Source: Crassaminicella indica (GTDB lineage Bacteria > Bacillota > Clostridia > Peptostreptococcales > Thermotaleaceae). Taken from it: a DNA stretch of 32,000 nucleotides. The notes under the pieces were generated by a model. The model had not been told where the DNA came from and did no database searches. It worked only from the letters and a program-made list of their open reading frames with translations. The translations under genes and the position numbers were made by a program. Positions 29,273 through 32,000 of this stretch are shown piece by piece (position 1 is the first letter of the stretch; the number at the start of each line of letters is the position of its first letter). Location of the stretch: assembly GCF_019203185.1 (NCBI RefSeq), contig NZ_CP078093.1:2700389-2732388 (forward strand), read 5' to 3'.

Positions 29273-30023
29273 TATAAAATTCCCCCTCTTTTTTTAATCT
29301 TTGCATTTTTTTATTTTTAATAGCAAATTCTTGAAATGACTTACATTCTTTAATCCATTTCTGATCCCAATAATTCCATTCATACTCTAGTTGCCCAACA
29401 GCTATTTGTTTATCAATGAGAATACTATAATAATTTTGATAAAATCCAAAGTAATCTTCCAAAAACTTATTTGAGTATCCATAATTATTTTGTATAGAAT
29501 TTAAAAATTCAGCTGCACTTGTTTCTATAAACTCTTTAATTTTATCTCTCTTTTTAATAAAAACATAATTGCCTAAATTCTTAATACCTATCGACTCTTG
29601 TATTTCACACATATGTTCTTTTACAAACTCTTGTCCACTACTCATTGTAGTAGTTAATGTAAATCCTAATTTGCCAGCATAATTCATTAAATGGGCTGAA
29701 CTAAATATTCTATCCTCAAAAGTTTTCATAATTCCCGATATATTGTTAAAATAAACGGGACTAGCAAAAAACACAATGTCTGATTCTAATAATTTTTTTC
29801 TTATCTTAAAAAAGTCATCATGCTCATCTACTAAGCAAAATCCATTATCTAAACAATTTGAACATCCAAGGCAATAATTTATTTTATAATCTCTTAAACA
29901 AATTATCTCCGAGTCATAACTCGTATCTAAAATCTGAATTTTTTCCAAAATTCTTTTCGTTAACAAATTTGTAATAGAATTATTGTTATTACTACCAACA
30001 ACAGCTACTATTTTACATTTCAC
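29262..30023 (-). CDS. NAD(P)H-dependent FMN reductase/flavodoxin-fold oxidoreductase, lanthipeptide-associated
   Basis: KIVAVVGSNNNNSITNLLTKRIL, CLGCSNCLDNGFCLVDEHDDFFKIRKKLLESDIVFFASPVYFNNISGIMKTFEDR. GTG start with AAGGAAGTG RBS; the 3' end overlaps the lanC start by 11 bp. Confidence 0.85.
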   Translation of the reverse strand: MKCKIVAVVGSNNNNSITNLLTKRILEKIQILDTSYDSEIICLRDYKINYCLGCSNCLDNGFCLVDEHDDFFKIRKKLLESDIVFFASPVYFNNISGIMKTFEDRIFSSAHLMNYAGKLGFTLTTTMSSGQEFVKEHMCEIQESIGIKNLGNYVFIKKRDKIKEFIETSAAEFLNSIQNNYGYSNKFLEDYFGFYQNYYSILIDKQIAVGQLEYEWNYWDQKWIKECKSFQEFAIKNKKMQRLKKEGEFYNDR

Positions 30024-30151
30024 TATATCATCACTTCCTTATTACTACATGATTTTTTTAATAATTAATTTAGTAATAGTACATCCAAATGTTGTATGTG
30101 ATGTAATACTATATCTATTTATGGTTATTTTTTTTACTCCTTTTATTTGCA

Positions 30152-30176
30152 CAGTAGGTGATCAAAGGGGTCGTAA
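30152..30176 (+). repeat. Left arm of perfect 25-bp inverted repeat flanking the precursor cassette
   Basis: cagtaggtgatcaaaggggtcgtaa; exact reverse complement of 30737-30761. Confidence 0.97.
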
Positions 30177-30221
30177 TATTTTATTACAGTTTAATTATAT
30201 AGTTCTACCTAATTATTTTAT

Positions 30222-30425
30222 TTAGCAGCGTGTACCTTCTCCTGGTTTAGCAGCATTACGACAAGCTGTCATATCACTTGGTGAACAATGAGTTGAAATT
30301 TCAGAACAATGTCTTTCTGATATATAAGTATAACAAAAAACATTAGCCGTCCACGCACGGCTAGTATTTTTATTATCAGTTTTAACTTTCTTTAAATTCA
30401 AATCAAAATCTTTAAATTTACCCAC
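30222..30425 (-). CDS. Class I lanthipeptide precursor LanA-1 (67 aa)
   Basis: MGKFKDFDLNLKKVKTDNKNTSR|AWTANVFCYTYISERHCSEISTHCSPSDMTACRNAAKPGEGTRC. FDLNL box equivalent to nisin FNLDL, Arg before a predicted 44-aa core with 5 Cys and 10 Ser/Thr; GTG start with AAGGAGAG RBS. Confidence 0.92.
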   Translation of the reverse strand: MGKFKDFDLNLKKVKTDNKNTSRAWTANVFCYTYISERHCSEISTHCSPSDMTACRNAAKPGEGTRC

Positions 30426-30477
30426 AGTAATCTCTCCTTCATATGATTTAATTACATAATTTTATCTAACTATTTTT

Positions 30478-30684
30478 TTAGCAGCGTGTACCTTCTCCTG
30501 GCTTAGCAGCATTACGACAAGCTGTCATATCACTTGGTGAACAATGAGTTGAAGGATCAGAACAATACTTTCTTGATAAAACAGTATAGCAAGTAAGTGG
30601 ATTCATCGTCCAGTTACGAGCAGTATTTTTATTATCAGTTTTAACTTTCTTTAAATTCAAATCAAAATCTTTGAATTTACCCAT
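30478..30684 (-). CDS. Class I lanthipeptide precursor LanA-2 (68 aa)
   Basis: MGKFKDFDLNLKKVKTDNKNTAR|NWTMNPLTCYTVLSRKYCSDPSTHCSPSDMTACRNAAKPGEGTRC; 5 Cys and 11 Ser/Thr in the predicted 45-aa core; AAGGGGG RBS and ATG start. Confidence 0.93.
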   Translation of the reverse strand: MGKFKDFDLNLKKVKTDNKNTARNWTMNPLTCYTVLSRKYCSDPSTHCSPSDMTACRNAAKPGEGTRC

Positions 30685-30736
30685 AGCAATTTCCCCCTTA
30701 TGATTTCTAACTACTATTATTGTTTTTTATTAACTC

Positions 30737-30761
30737 TTACGACCCCTTTGATCACCTACTG
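30737..30761 (-). repeat. Right arm of perfect 25-bp inverted repeat flanking the precursor cassette
   Basis: ttacgacccctttgatcacctactg; exact reverse complement of 30152-30176. Confidence 0.97.
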
Positions 30762-30780
30762 AATTAAATATGCGGTACTT

Positions 30781-32000
30781 TTATTTTCTTTTTGTATACT
30801 TCCACTTTTCTATTAAATCATGTAAAGAATGTCTTATGATTGATAAACATTTTCCTTCGTATGCTGTATCACCAATCATACGATTGCAATACATATGATT
30901 CATAGAAAATATAATCTCTTTTTTGATATTTGTTGTTTTTTTCTTTTCAATCTGCTTTTCTAACTGTTTTTTGAATTCAAATAACATTAGCTGTCTTTTT
31001 TTATATACTTCTATTATTTTTAATAATCTTTTATCAATTTTTTCAACTTCTCCTTTTAATATGTATTCTGCGATTCTAAGATAATTTATCCTTTCTTTCT
31101 TAAATTCATCTCTATATTTATTTCTCAAATTCTCTTCATCTAAGATTTCAAGCAATTCAAATTCATCATGAGTTAGCTCTTTTAATACCGATATCATACC
31201 AACCATATATAACAGTTCTTTATCCTTTTCATTATCTAAATCAAATGAATTTAATATATTAATTACAAAAATGCTATCCGCATAAAAAAATTGTTCCGCA
31301 TATTCTATTAATTCTAATCCACCATATCTATTCACTTCTCTTTCGTATACATCAAATATAGTTCTATTAATTAAACGATTTTTTTGCAATTCAAAAATCC
31401 AAGACTTAATTCTATGTAATTTATTTAATGCTATATTTTCATTCTCAAATTTAAATCTTAGTCGTAGATGTTTTCCATTCTCATAATATCTAAGAAAAAA
31501 GAATTTCTCTAAATCTAGATCATCTAACAAACATGGTAATTCTTTTGTTAATAATTCATTTTCTTTATCTCCTAATCCATATAATTTCATATAAATCCAA
31601 CCATGGTCTCCTAAAGAAAAACGTTGACTCTTGTTTTGAATCATCCTATTGTTTTCTACAAAATCCTCTTTTATAGTCGATAAAAGTATTTTTTTATTTT
31701 CTTCATGTTGTATGAATGAAAAAACAAATTCTGCCATATAATTATTCTGGTCTAAATCCTCTACAATGGGATTGCTAAACATTTCAGTTTCGTGTAAATT
31801 CAATTCACCATTCTTCTTAACAGATGAATATATAATATCTAAGAACTCTTCATGTTTTAAATCAACTAATATTCGATGGTCTCCTTCACACAAACATACA
31901 TAGTCATCAATTTTATATTGGTGAATGACTTTATCAAAGCTTTTTTTGAACTTTTCTAAACTTTTCATATCAAAGTTCTCACTACTAAAATTCCAACTTT
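30781..32000 (-). CDS. lanB: Class I lantibiotic dehydratase LanB, C-terminal part (end of glutamylation domain + glutamate-elimination domain); N-terminus beyond the window
   Basis: GDHRILVDLKHEEFLDIIYSS...EFVFSF and GDHGWIYMKLYG...FFFLRYYENGKHLRLRFK...VYEREVNRYGG (Lant_dehydr_C / thiopeptide-type domain). The frame stays open (...SWNFSSENFD-M) past the tool's start to 32000. Confidence 0.9.
   Translation of the reverse strand, partial: SWNFSSENFDMKSLEKFKKSFDKVIHQYKIDDYVCLCEGDHRILVDLKHEEFLDIIYSSVKKNGELNLHETEMFSNPIVEDLDQNNYMAEFVFSFIQHEENKKILLSTIKEDFVENNRMIQNKSQRFSLGDHGWIYMKLYGLGDKENELLTKELPCLLDDLDLEKFFFLRYYENGKHLRLRFKFENENIALNKLHRIKSWIFELQKNRLINRTIFDVYEREVNRYGGLELIEYAEQFFYADSIFVINILNSFDLDNEKDKELLYMVGMISVLKELTHDEFELLEILDEENLRNKYRDEFKKERINYLRIAEYILKGEVEKIDKRLLKIIEVYKKRQLMLFEFKKQLEKQIEKKKTTNIKKEIIFSMNHMYCNRMIGDTAYEGKCLSIIRHSLHDLIEKWKYTKRK

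Noticed and set aside
29983-30225. Plus-strand 80-aa ORF in the gap between lanA-1 and the oxidoreductase
   Set aside because: Overlaps the oxidoreductase start antisense and carries the inverted-repeat arm; no convincing RBS or family. Likely chance ORF.
30298-30622. Diversity-generating retroelement as source of the variable precursor segment
   Set aside because: No reverse transcriptase, template repeat or adenine-biased substitution pattern is visible; the segments differ in length too.
30222-30684. Tandem precursors as a repeat array/CRISPR-like structure
   Set aside because: Only two units, each a full coding gene with its own RBS; no CRISPR features.
30152-30761. Inverted repeats as an IS or MITE with its own transposase
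   Set aside because: No transposase lies between the arms and no target-site duplication is evident next to them. Kept only as a cassette hypothesis.

Overview
AT-rich Firmicutes (clostridial-looking) window. The left ~7.4 kb is ordinary: partial DNA adenine methylase, hypothetical proteins, AlaX-type alanyl-tRNA editing protein, NhaC-type antiporter. The middle is full of degraded insertion sequences (IS66, IS701/IS4-like, IS21 and IS3 relics). Among them are an S41-type peptidase, a complete agr-like quorum-sensing locus whose sensor looks split into two ORFs, and a secreted clostripain-like (C11) protease. The right end (about 24.6-32 kb, minus strand) is the most notable part. It holds a class I lanthipeptide locus with a partial LanB dehydratase, two tandem novel precursor genes (67 and 68 aa, nisin-like 'FDLNL' leader, 5-Cys cores), a flavodoxin/FMN-reductase-like enzyme overlapping lanC, a LanC cyclase and a LanT-like ABC exporter. 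The two precursors share nearly identical leader and C-terminal DNA (61/62 and 75/76 nt) around a divergent central segment. The precursor pair is bracketed by a perfect 25-bp inverted repeat (30152-30176 / 30737-30761). This suggests an invertible or mobile precursor cassette, or an RNA-level loop isolating the precursor mRNA. All product assignments come from reading protein motifs; no database search was run.
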